NCBI GenBank assembly: GCA_965222115.1
Contig: CBDCTJ010000007.1
Coordinates: forward strand, 2,752,001-2,816,000
Direction: 5' to 3'
From: Planctomycetota bacterium
GTDB lineage: Bacteria > Planctomycetota > PLA2 > JAEUHO01
DNA: 64,000 nucleotides
Numbering within the stretch: position 1 is the first letter of the stretch; every line of letters starts with the position of its first letter. Under the pieces are notes generated by a model. It had not been told where the DNA came from, ran no database searches, and saw nothing but the letters and a program-made list of their open reading frames with translations. The translations under genes were made by a program, and so were the position numbers. Of the stretch, positions 8,146 through 17,161 are shown in pieces.

Positions 8146-9537
8146 GTGACATCCGCAGTCGCTGCCGCCAAGCGCCGTGAAGCCGTCGCCATTGCGCGAA
8201 CGCTCCGCGATGGGGGACACGAAGCGTTGCTGTGCGGCGGCGCCGTCCGCGATCACCTCATGGGCCGTGAGCCCAACGATTTCGACGTGGCCACGTCGGC
8301 GCCGCCGGAAGTGGGGCAGAGGCTCTTTCCGGAAGCGGTATTGGTGGGCGCGCAGTTTGGCGTCTTGATCTTGCCGCGGCCATCGGGGCCCGTGGAACTT
8401 GCTACGTTTCGCGCAGATGGTCTCTATGTGGATGGCCGACGTCCCGAGACCGTGACGTATTCGGACGCACCCACCGATGCCTCCCGTCGCGACTTTACGG
8501 TCAATGGGCTGTTTCAAGATCCACTCACGGGTGAGATCCTTGACTACGTTGAGGGCCGGCGCGACCTCGAGGCGCGCTTGGTTCGTGCGATCGGCGACCC
8601 ATGGGCGCGTTTTGAAGAAGATCATCTGCGGATCCTGCGCGCCGTACGCTTCGCCGTGCAGCTCAACTTTGCCTTGGCGCCCGATACGCGTGCAGCGGTC
8701 GATGATATGGCCGAGGCAGTCCAGACCGTTTCGGGTGAACGCATACGCGTGGAGTTGCTAAAGATTTTGCGACACGGTCGGGGCGCGGGCTTACGCCTCT
8801 TACGCGACACGGGCCTCCTGCGCGTTGTTTTGCCGGAAGTGGAACGTATGGTGGACGTCCCGCAGCCGCCGCAGTTTCACCCTGAAGGTGACGTGTTCGT
8901 GCACACGTGTCTTGTACTTGACGGGCTGGAGACTCCCGCAATTGAAGCGTCGATGTCAGCAGAAGAACGAAAAGCTGTCGAAGCAAAAACCGACGACCTC
9001 ATCATGTCGTGTCTCTTGCACGATGTGGCAAAGCCGACGACGTACACGCGCGATCCCGATGGTCGTATTCGATTCAATGGACACGATGCCGACGGCGTGC
9101 GCATGAGCGAGACCATACTCGAGCGCTACCGTTTTCCCCACCGTGCCAAAGAACGCGTGGGCGCGCTGATCGGCAATCACATGAAGATTGCGGCCGTCCC
9201 CAACATGCGCAAAGCGAAAATGCGGCGGTTCTTGGGCCAAGACGACATCGACCTGCACCTTGCTCTGCATGCCGCCGATTGCGGTGCCAGCCATGGGGGC
9301 TCGGAGATTCTTGATTTCTGTCGTTCGAAACTCGCCGAGTACGCGGATGAACCGGTGATTCCACCACCTCTCTTGACGGGCAAGGACTTGCTTGCGCTTG
9401 GGTACGAACAGGGACCTCGATTCGGAACGATCTTGCGTTGGGTGGTTGATGAACAGTTGGAAGGTCGCCTGGACGACCGTGAAAGCGCGGTACGGCGCGT
9501 GCAGGAGGAGTTTCCAACGCATGACGCTTCCGACTAA
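8146..9537 (+). CDS. cca: CCA tRNA nucleotidyltransferase with HD domain
   Basis: GGAVRD, DFDVAT, RRDFTVNGL, RFEEDHLRILRAVRF, FHPEGDVFVHT, LLHDVAKP; GAGGAG RBS before GTG 8146. Confidence 0.9.
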   Translation: MTSAVAAAKRREAVAIARTLRDGGHEALLCGGAVRDHLMGREPNDFDVATSAPPEVGQRLFPEAVLVGAQFGVLILPRPSGPVELATFRADGLYVDGRRPETVTYSDAPTDASRRDFTVNGLFQDPLTGEILDYVEGRRDLEARLVRAIGDPWARFEEDHLRILRAVRFAVQLNFALAPDTRAAVDDMAEAVQTVSGERIRVELLKILRHGRGAGLRLLRDTGLLRVVLPEVERMVDVPQPPQFHPEGDVFVHTCLVLDGLETPAIEASMSAEERKAVEAKTDDLIMSCLLHDVAKPTTYTRDPDGRIRFNGHDADGVRMSETILERYRFPHRAKERVGALIGNHMKIAAVPNMRKAKMRRFLGQDDIDLHLALHAADCGASHGGSEILDFCRSKLAEYADEPVIPPPLLTGKDLLALGYEQGPRFGTILRWVVDEQLEGRLDDRESAVRRVQEEFPTHDASD

Positions 9538-11680
9538 TCGCGCGCTACGCCCAGACAGGTCACCGTCCGCACAGGTGATGAGGGCGAAGTGTGTCAACGT
9601 CGTTACGTTGCGTTGCGATGACACCACATCATCCTTACGAAAAAGCAACAGGCGGTGTGTGCGGTTGAGCGCCCTCGTCATGTTGGCGGCACTCTTGATT
9701 GGGCTGTGCACCCCTCGAGGCGGCCTCGAAGCCAAGGAACCTCCCGCGGGGGAGGAAGGGACGAACCCAAGCGAGGACGCGTCAAGTGAAACGACGCTCG
9801 ATGATGCCGAGTTGCGCCGTCTCCTCAGTGTTGTTCGCGGAAGCAATCGGGAGCTTCCCGAACGCGTAAGCGCCGCCAAGCGTGCGCTGGCGGGTGGTGC
9901 GAAACGTGTGGGCCGCGCCGCACTCTATGCGGGGCGGGCGTTGTTGCCAGCTTCCCCTGCTCATGGCGTTCCCCTCATTCGTGCCGGGCTATCCAAGCTA
10001 GCCCAAGACGAACGCGCGGAGCTGCGCGAAACGGTGCTCGCCTTTGCCGCACGTCATACGTCTGCCAATAGACATGGAGACGCAAAACAAGATCTGGGTC
10101 CGGTATGGGCATTGGCCATGGACCTCGGAGCGCTCGATGATGGTGTTGTCACGGGGCTGTTGGCAACGTGGCCAGCGTCAAAGGAAACGCTTGCGGCCAT
10201 TGAGCATACATTTGCATTGCAGGATGCCGCCGCAAGTAAGGGCGAACTGCTAAAACAGCTTCAAGAACGTCTCCCCGTTCTACGCACACTCGAGCAAGCC
10301 AACGCCGACGACCCCAAAGTCGCGGGTCCCGCGCTCGATGCGTTGGTCAGCATGGGAAAGAATGCGCTGCCACTACTTCACGACGTCGCGCTCCAGGCAG
10401 CGGGCGCAACGCCCGAGCGTACGCACGAGCGCGCGTTGCGGGCCGTACTCGTGTTGGGCTTCATCGGTGATCCATCAAGCATTTCCGTCTTGGGCACGTG
10501 CCTGGCATCAAAGACCAACGGTTGGTTGCGTGCACGCGCAGCGGTTGCTCTGGGCGACACGGGCTTACCTGCAGCCGCACCGGCGCTGGCGTGGCATCTA
10601 TGTGTTCTCAGTGATCTCTTTCGCAGCCGCGATCAATGGGATTATCCGGGCCCGAAAGAGACCACATTGACTGCCGAGGAATGGCCTAGCGCGCACTACT
10701 TTTCTGTGGATGCCCACGCGGCAGACGCGCTACTCCGTCTCGGAATCCCCGGTGCGGCGGGTTATTTGATTGAGGAGAAGCTAAACCCCGACAAGGCCAA
10801 CTTTCGCGTGCGGGTCTTACAAGACGCGATTGACGCACTGCGGCGCAATGTCAAGGGACTCGACACAACCATTTACAACGTCGATCAGGGCACGCCCCAG
10901 CGCACGAAGGCGTATAGAGCATTGCGTGCATGGTGGCGATCAACCGGTCCCGCTTCGGTCAAACTCCACGCGTCATTCGATGAGAACGATCCCCAGTTTG
11001 CAGACGTGTCTGACCAATTGTCGGCGCGCCTGCTGCGCAAGGATGCACGCGAGTTTATTATCACAAAAGCCGCGTGTGAGCTATTGGGCACTGTCATGAC
11101 ACCGAGCCTGCTGCGGACGCTCGCGAAGACAGACAAACTTCGCGCACGTTGTGAGTTGGCGGTGGCCTTGGGACGCGTGGGGGATCCGCGCGCGATCGAT
11201 CCGCTCCTTCAGTTGGCGCGCGACAAACGCGAGACGGTGCGTGCCAAGGCGTTAGAAGCACTCAGCGCGTATGTCGCTAAGCATGAACGCGTGCAGGCGA
11301 GGCTCTTGGAGGCACTCAAGGAGGCCGGCGAAGCGGGTCGTGTGGCGGCCATGAAAGCACTTGTGATGGCCCCGCGCAGTGCATCCATCAAGGCGTCGAT
11401 CCAGGCAGCAAACGGAGACGACCCCGACTTTCAGCGCGCCAAAGACGTAACTCTATTTATTCAGGGCGATGATTCGCGTTGGCAGGCAATCGATGTCGGC
11501 CTCAAGCACAAGCAACGTGTCGTTCGACGATCGTGGTGGGAGCTCCTCAAACGCGGTCTGGCGATTCCAGCGACCGTTTTCAATGCAACCGCTGTCCCGG
11601 GGAGTATTCCGGACAATCAAGTTACGCTCGATGTTCTCAAAGAGTATCGCGATGGATCAACCGACGAGGGGACCAAGTAA
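9521..11680 (+). CDS. Exported HEAT-repeat protein
   Basis: Hydrophobic signal-like segment LSALVMLAALLIGLC; HEAT repeats LRARAAVALGDTG, RCELAVALGRVGDPRAIDPLLQLARD, VRAKALEAL; start uncertain. Confidence 0.7.
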   Translation: MTLPTNRALRPDRSPSAQVMRAKCVNVVTLRCDDTTSSLRKSNRRCVRLSALVMLAALLIGLCTPRGGLEAKEPPAGEEGTNPSEDASSETTLDDAELRRLLSVVRGSNRELPERVSAAKRALAGGAKRVGRAALYAGRALLPASPAHGVPLIRAGLSKLAQDERAELRETVLAFAARHTSANRHGDAKQDLGPVWALAMDLGALDDGVVTGLLATWPASKETLAAIEHTFALQDAAASKGELLKQLQERLPVLRTLEQANADDPKVAGPALDALVSMGKNALPLLHDVALQAAGATPERTHERALRAVLVLGFIGDPSSISVLGTCLASKTNGWLRARAAVALGDTGLPAAAPALAWHLCVLSDLFRSRDQWDYPGPKETTLTAEEWPSAHYFSVDAHAADALLRLGIPGAAGYLIEEKLNPDKANFRVRVLQDAIDALRRNVKGLDTTIYNVDQGTPQRTKAYRALRAWWRSTGPASVKLHASFDENDPQFADVSDQLSARLLRKDAREFIITKAACELLGTVMTPSLLRTLAKTDKLRARCELAVALGRVGDPRAIDPLLQLARDKRETVRAKALEALSAYVAKHERVQARLLEALKEAGEAGRVAAMKALVMAPRSASIKASIQAANGDDPDFQRAKDVTLFIQGDDSRWQAIDVGLKHKQRVVRRSWWELLKRGLAIPATVFNATAVPGSIPDNQVTLDVLKEYRDGSTDEGTK

Positions 11681-11681
11681 C

Positions 11682-12863
11682 GTGAAGCTGGACCTCGACC
11701 TCGTTGGCATTTCCAAGCGCGTGGGCGGTCGCAGCGGACCGCGTGTGCTTGATGGACTCGATCTTCGTGTCGAGGGCGCCACGGCGATGGTGCTGCTGGG
11801 TGAGAGTGGAGCGGGCAAGACCACGTTGTTGCGAATTATTGCCGGCCTCACGCACGCCGATGCCGGACGGGTGGAATTGGGTGGGCAGGTACTTAGCAAT
11901 CCGGGTGTGGTCGTTCCCCCGCGCGAGCGTGGTGTGGGTATGGTGTTTCAGGAGCTTGAGCTCTGGCCACATATGACCGTGGCCGAGCATCTGGGTTTTG
12001 CTTTGCCTAGCCGACCGAAGAAGCGCGCTGCTCTTGAGAGTCCCGCTGTATGCACACTCGCCGAATCCGTGGGACTCGACTCACGGCTGCTCGCACGCAG
12101 GCCCGAGGCATTGTCAGGGGGTGAACGGCAACGTGTAGCGATTGGCCGTTCGTTGGCCGCGAAGCCACGTGTGTTGCTATTTGATGAGCCCCTCGCCAGC
12201 CTTGACCCACGCCGCCGCAGTGCATTGCGACTGCTCATTCGGCAGGTTGTTGAGAATCACCAGACCACCGTGGTGTATGTGACGCACGATGCTGAAGACG
12301 CGCTTGAGCTGGGGGATCGTGTTGCGATTCTCGCCGACGGCAACGTCGCTGCTGTGGACACGCCTCATGCGCTGTATCGAAATCCGACCTCGCTTCGCGT
12401 TGCTCGTGCTTTGGGGCCCGTTACGGCACTTCGCGCAAGTGTCCAGGGTGATCGGATTCACACCGCGTTGGGCACATTTGACGGCACAGGCTCCGCCACG
12501 ACCAGATGGGGGCAAACGCATGGGCAGCCGCTCTTGGCACTCGTGCGACCGGAACACATCGAACTCGTGCACACGCCGAACCGTGATGATCGCACGGCAA
12601 CCGTATATCCCATTCGCTCAACGCCAGCGCGTCATGGTTGGCGCGTCACGGCGTTGAGTCACGTTGTCGATGGTGCAGCCGAGCGATGCACATTCTTCAC
12701 GGAGGACAATCTGCCTGCGGACGGCTCTTCGGTGGCCGTACGACTTACGACACGGCCAACGCTCGTACTTGCACAACCTGGCGACGGGCCGGTTGCTTTG
12801 GACCACGCGACCCGCGATACGAAGAACGACGTTCGCGACGAGGAGCTAACCGTTGGGCGCTAA
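11682..12863 (+). CDS. ABC transporter ATP-binding protein (PotA/FbpC-like)
   Basis: GESGAGKTT, VFQ, LSGGERQRVAIGR, LLFDEP, YVTHD. Confidence 0.9.
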   Translation: MKLDLDLVGISKRVGGRSGPRVLDGLDLRVEGATAMVLLGESGAGKTTLLRIIAGLTHADAGRVELGGQVLSNPGVVVPPRERGVGMVFQELELWPHMTVAEHLGFALPSRPKKRAALESPAVCTLAESVGLDSRLLARRPEALSGGERQRVAIGRSLAAKPRVLLFDEPLASLDPRRRSALRLLIRQVVENHQTTVVYVTHDAEDALELGDRVAILADGNVAAVDTPHALYRNPTSLRVARALGPVTALRASVQGDRIHTALGTFDGTGSATTRWGQTHGQPLLALVRPEHIELVHTPNRDDRTATVYPIRSTPARHGWRVTALSHVVDGAAERCTFFTEDNLPADGSSVAVRLTTRPTLVLAQPGDGPVALDHATRDTKNDVRDEELTVGR

Positions 12864-14211
12864 CCGCAACAACCAAGTAGCAACACAATCCAGTTGGGCG
12901 AGCCGATTCAGCTGGGCAACCCGATGGTGGCTTCCGCTCGCAACGGCAATCCTCGTGGCCGCTGTGCTCGTGGCGTGTGGCGATGAGAAATCGCCAGTCG
13001 AATCGCCGGATAGGGGCAAGCGGAAATCCAGTAGCCACAACTCGTCAAATTCGGCGGATATCAGTTCAGATGAGGCCGGTAAGAACGATGGCGACCCACA
13101 GGTCGATGGAAGGAACGCAGAGACGGACACAGATCTGCCTAAGCCTGGTGACGACCCCAATGAACCTGCGTTTCGAAGCGCCGCCCAGTGCGGAAAGTGT
13201 CACGTAGCGATCTACAACGAGTGGAAGGCATCGTTTCACGGGCGCGCGATGTCGGATCCGTTGTTTCTTGAAATGGCGGATGACGCCAACAATCCGGAAG
13301 AGTGCATTCGTTGTCACGCACCGATTCCACTGCGGGAAGCCGACTTTGACACACCGATAGCGCGTACCGCCCGTCGAGCGGATGCGGTGTCGTGTCTCAC
13401 GTGTCATCAGAGTGGTGGAAATGTCGCGGGGCCTTTCGGTGGCTTGTCCGGCGCGTGCCGTCCGGTTGGGGACGAAGCCCAGCGCAACGTCGTAAAGATG
13501 TGTTTTCCTTGCCACAACCAACATGACACCGGCAACGAGTGGATTGGGGGTCCTTGGTCACCCGAGGCCGCCGATCCGCGAAAAGCACCTAGCAAATCGT
13601 GCCTCGACTGCCACATGCCCGAAGTCGAGCGACCCCTCGTCAAAGGCGGACCGGTTCGCAAAGGACGGCGGCATACGTGGTTGGGGGGACACAGTTTTTC
13701 TCAACTCAAACGCGCCGCAACGCTCGACGTAGAAGTCGCGAGTTTTGTGAGCAAAACGACGGGCGAGAAAGACTGGGACTTCCGGGTATTCGTTACCAAC
13801 GTTGGCGCCGGTCACTCCATTCCCACCGATGCACGGCATCGATCGTTTGATACGTACATCAAGTTGTGGGACGACAAAGGCACGGTGCTGCTTGATCCCC
13901 TCAATCCCAGGCAACAGGCCAAGGCACATCTGGCCACATTTCGTAAGTACTATCGCAACTCCGGCAAAAAGGATACGCAGATTGCGCCGCTGGCGCGCGT
14001 TAGCACCAATGGCGATGGCCCTGGAAGGTACACATTGAAAGGCGTGAAGAAGGGGCGTGGCGAAGCGTGGCTTGTGTATCGCTTGACACCGCGTGATTGG
14101 CTTACCGAAGACAGTCTCAAGGCGGAAAGCGGTCCCGACGACATTCAGGACGTGCAGACCGCGCGAGTCGTTCATCGTGTGACGTTTACCTTTGGTGAGG
14201 AGTCAAAGTAA
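12853..14211 (+). CDS. Multiheme (5 CxxCH) c-type cytochrome lipoprotein
   Basis: Lipobox LVAC; CGKCH, CIRCH, CLTCH, CFPCH, CLDCH; C-terminal VTNVGAGHSIPT domain. Confidence 0.88.
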   Translation: MGANRNNQVATQSSWASRFSWATRWWLPLATAILVAAVLVACGDEKSPVESPDRGKRKSSSHNSSNSADISSDEAGKNDGDPQVDGRNAETDTDLPKPGDDPNEPAFRSAAQCGKCHVAIYNEWKASFHGRAMSDPLFLEMADDANNPEECIRCHAPIPLREADFDTPIARTARRADAVSCLTCHQSGGNVAGPFGGLSGACRPVGDEAQRNVVKMCFPCHNQHDTGNEWIGGPWSPEAADPRKAPSKSCLDCHMPEVERPLVKGGPVRKGRRHTWLGGHSFSQLKRAATLDVEVASFVSKTTGEKDWDFRVFVTNVGAGHSIPTDARHRSFDTYIKLWDDKGTVLLDPLNPRQQAKAHLATFRKYYRNSGKKDTQIAPLARVSTNGDGPGRYTLKGVKKGRGEAWLVYRLTPRDWLTEDSLKAESGPDDIQDVQTARVVHRVTFTFGEESK

Positions 14212-14216
14212 GTATC

Positions 14217-15182
14217 GTGATGCGCCGCACTACCCCAATCCGTTCTTTGCCACGCCTTGCGGTATTGGTGCTGGGCGTGGGGTGCCTATCGAACACCGGG
14301 TGCGCGAGTACGCCGCTGGATGGAATCAGAGGCGAGAACACCTCGGTCCGTGGAAAGACGCGCCCGTTTTCTTCGAAGGATGACGCGGGCCTTCGAGATG
14401 AAATACAAGCGCTTCTCTCCAGTGACACGCGCCGCAGCCAGCAAGCGGAGCGCAATCTGCGTGGTCTCAATGAAGACGAACGCACGCGATTGTTGCAAAT
14501 TGCACGTGAACGGCCCGCGGAACGTGATCCGCGCTGGTTGAGTCTCATGGAAGACTTACACGGACCCGTGTTGTTGTCGCCGGACGAAGAATGGCGCTAT
14601 TTGAGTTGGCGTGTGGCGCAGCCCGATCGGGTGCGTGCCATGCGCGCACAAAGTCGATTGGCAGATCTCGCACACACACACCCCGAACCCTTGCTGCGCG
14701 CCGCCTTGCAACGTGAACCGGGCTACGAAGCTGCGGTCCTGGCACTGGCTTCCGCGCGCCATCCTCACGCGGCGCAAGAGTTTGTACGTCGCTATCGATC
14801 GCCACTCACCCACGACGAACGAAGGCTTATGGCGGAAGCGCTGGCGGTCTGGACTGGGGATCGTCTGATTCCGCGTACGGTTGGCGAGCCGTGGGAGATC
14901 GAAGCCGATGCGTCGCGCATAACCACCATGGTGGCGTCGCTTACGCCCCATCCGACGCCCTCCATGCCGGGAAACGCCTCGCTCCCCGCGACGTCGCTCC
15001 CACCAATCTCACCGTTCCCACCAATCCAGCCCAATGCGAATGCAAATGGAGGTGCAGGTGATCCGTGGGCGGGCACGCTCGTCCCTGCACCACCACGTGG
15101 AACGTCTGATGTCGAGTTTCCGACGAAAGGACCCGAGCCTGGACCGACGACCGGCAACGAAGGAGGGGGCCATGACCGCTAG
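14217..15182 (+). CDS. Putative lipoprotein, helical, with Pro-rich tail
   Basis: Signal peptide with NTGC/GVGC lipobox; tightly coupled to both neighbours. Confidence 0.6.
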   Translation: MMRRTTPIRSLPRLAVLVLGVGCLSNTGCASTPLDGIRGENTSVRGKTRPFSSKDDAGLRDEIQALLSSDTRRSQQAERNLRGLNEDERTRLLQIARERPAERDPRWLSLMEDLHGPVLLSPDEEWRYLSWRVAQPDRVRAMRAQSRLADLAHTHPEPLLRAALQREPGYEAAVLALASARHPHAAQEFVRRYRSPLTHDERRLMAEALAVWTGDRLIPRTVGEPWEIEADASRITTMVASLTPHPTPSMPGNASLPATSLPPISPFPPIQPNANANGGAGDPWAGTLVPAPPRGTSDVEFPTKGPEPGPTTGNEGGGHDR

Positions 15183-16863
15183 GCACGTACGCGTCTCGTT
15201 AATCAGCGCCGCGGTTGGATCTTGCGCGCTACTCATCGCTGTGATGGCGTTGTACAGCCACGATGTCCACGCCGAAGAGTCTGACGGTGTCGCCCGTCTT
15301 GTCGATTCACTTAAAGACGCCAGTCACGAGGAAGCCATTTCGAAATTGGAAGAGGCGTTGGCCGAAGCGCACGACACGAAACGCGTAACGCAATTGCGAC
15401 GAGCGTTGGCGCAGCGGTTGGTTGCCGCTGACAAACTCGGGGACGCGGTGGCCATGTACGAAGCCCTCACGCGCGGTAGTGACTCCCATGAAGCCACAGC
15501 GAGCGATCTGATCGAGCTCGGTGCAGCACGTTTCGCGCTCGCACGGCATGAGGCCGGGCGGGGCGGTGTGAACGCTGTTGTCACGCCGCTTTTGATTGAC
15601 GCTGTGGACGCAACCAACGGCCTTTCCGTCAAGCCCGATTCGTCATTGAGTTCCGCGTTGCGGCGATCCCTTCTGACGTCGCGTGCTGGCGCCCTTCGTT
15701 GGCAGGGCAAACATAAAGAAGCGGCCAACTTGTTCCAAGCCGCCAATCCAAACTCCTTTGACGAGACGCATCGCAAGAGCTTGTGGGATCAGTGTGCGCG
15801 CGCCCACTACGGCGCCAAGAACTACAAAGAGGCCGCCAAGGCCTTTGCGCATGCTGGAAATCCACGGGGTGCCGCTGCCGCGTGGTCCGCCGCAAAGAAC
15901 CGCGAAGAGGCGCTGAAGGTCTACCGTTCACTGATGCAAGACGCCTTGTCGAGCCCGGACAACAAGGGTGCAGCGTCGTTTGCCACTGTCTCGGCCGAAG
16001 CATTTCGATCGTCCCGCTTCTTTCATGGATTCGCCGAACTGGATGCCATTGCCGAGGCCCTCAAGCCGGCAACCGAAACGCAGCGTGCACACGTTCTTGC
16101 ATTTCGCGCGTCCATTCGCGAGGCGCGGGGTGACGAGGCCTCCGCTATTGCCTTGTTACGAAAGTCACTGGCTGTGATTGAGAAGCGCGGTACGCCCGCC
16201 GAAGTTGCGCGCACGCGTGTCAATCTCGGTCGGTTGCTCGTCGCAGTCACCGGCGACGGTGCAGACGAGGCGCGTAAGCAAGCCGTGGATCATTTTCTTG
16301 CGGCCATTGACGAGCCGAGCACCAAGGCGGATGCCGTATACATTCTGGGGCAACTTGCCGGCATCTATGACCGTCGCATGTGGATGGATCCCGATGCGGT
16401 GGAGGCCTGTCTTCGCATTCAGCGTGCGTTGACAAAGGCCGCGCCTGAGAACGCGACGGTGTGGAGTAATCTTGGCAACTCACTGCGTCGCGCCGGACTT
16501 ACGAAGGACTCGCTGGAGGCCTACGAAAAGGCAGCGGCACTTGATGACGAAGATCCCGTACTGCGTAGTGACCATGGCCTCGCGCTGGCCGCGGCAGGCC
16601 AATTCGATGAAGCGTTACGCGCATTTGAAGCGTCGGTCGCCATCGACGAGAGCTACTTGGCTGGGTATCAGAACGCCGCCCGGCAACTCGTCTTACTGGG
16701 CAACGCGAACAATGCCCCCGTCAACAGTGCTCCCGTCAAAAGGGCCAGCGCCCACTTGGGCAGGGCGGTGCAGCTGGCGCGTCGCGAAGACCGCCGCCCC
16801 GGAACCTATCGCTTCCTTTGGGAGCAAGCCTGGAGAATTCAACGTCGTTCGGCGCTTCGCTAG
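15172..16863 (+). CDS. Secreted TPR-repeat protein
   Basis: Signal peptide ending VHA; TPRs VWSNLGNSLRRAG..YEKAAALD, DHGLALAAAGQFDEALRAFEASVAID; AGGAGG RBS. Confidence 0.75.
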   Translation: MTARHVRVSLISAAVGSCALLIAVMALYSHDVHAEESDGVARLVDSLKDASHEEAISKLEEALAEAHDTKRVTQLRRALAQRLVAADKLGDAVAMYEALTRGSDSHEATASDLIELGAARFALARHEAGRGGVNAVVTPLLIDAVDATNGLSVKPDSSLSSALRRSLLTSRAGALRWQGKHKEAANLFQAANPNSFDETHRKSLWDQCARAHYGAKNYKEAAKAFAHAGNPRGAAAAWSAAKNREEALKVYRSLMQDALSSPDNKGAASFATVSAEAFRSSRFFHGFAELDAIAEALKPATETQRAHVLAFRASIREARGDEASAIALLRKSLAVIEKRGTPAEVARTRVNLGRLLVAVTGDGADEARKQAVDHFLAAIDEPSTKADAVYILGQLAGIYDRRMWMDPDAVEACLRIQRALTKAAPENATVWSNLGNSLRRAGLTKDSLEAYEKAAALDDEDPVLRSDHGLALAAAGQFDEALRAFEASVAIDESYLAGYQNAARQLVLLGNANNAPVNSAPVKRASAHLGRAVQLARREDRRPGTYRFLWEQAWRIQRRSALR

Positions 16864-16916
16864 AGACGCCGTGCGCACGCAACGTACGCCATAGAAACAT
16901 GTTAGGATGAATCGAT

Positions 16917-17100
16917 GGACTGAGACGCGCCACCCGGCGTGCGCTGGTGAGGCATGGCGGCGCTCCCCGCCGTACACTCCTCGGCCTGCGCCTTCCGGCG
17001 TAGTCGTCCTGGTGAGGTCTTCTCGACGAGCGAGGCCTTCGCTAGGAGTTTCGGCTCGACGAGTCATTCCGGCACGCGATGCCGGCAGATGGCGCGGTCC
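16917..17100 (+). ncRNA. Candidate structured intergenic RNA / 5' leader
   Basis: Nested pairs 16917-20/17097-100, 16926-32/17090-96, 16934-40/17079-85; hairpins 16954-73, 16986-17003, 17007-47, 17053-65; G-T wobbles on the + strand. Confidence 0.35.
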
Positions 17101-17161
17101 TAGACAGCGAGCGAGATTGTTGGGTGTTCGTGCCCTGCAATCCCCAAGAGACGGAGACGCG

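Noticed and set aside
8956-9879. Long antisense ORFs (e.g. 8956-9879, 53737-54555, 45994-46692)
   Set aside because: They overlap well-supported genes on the opposite strand, as expected in high-GC DNA, and have no recognisable motifs
16907-17161. 85-aa N-terminal extension of the 652-aa ORF
   Set aside because: Arg/Pro-rich shadow-like sequence; GGAGA RBS and a signal peptide support ATG 17162
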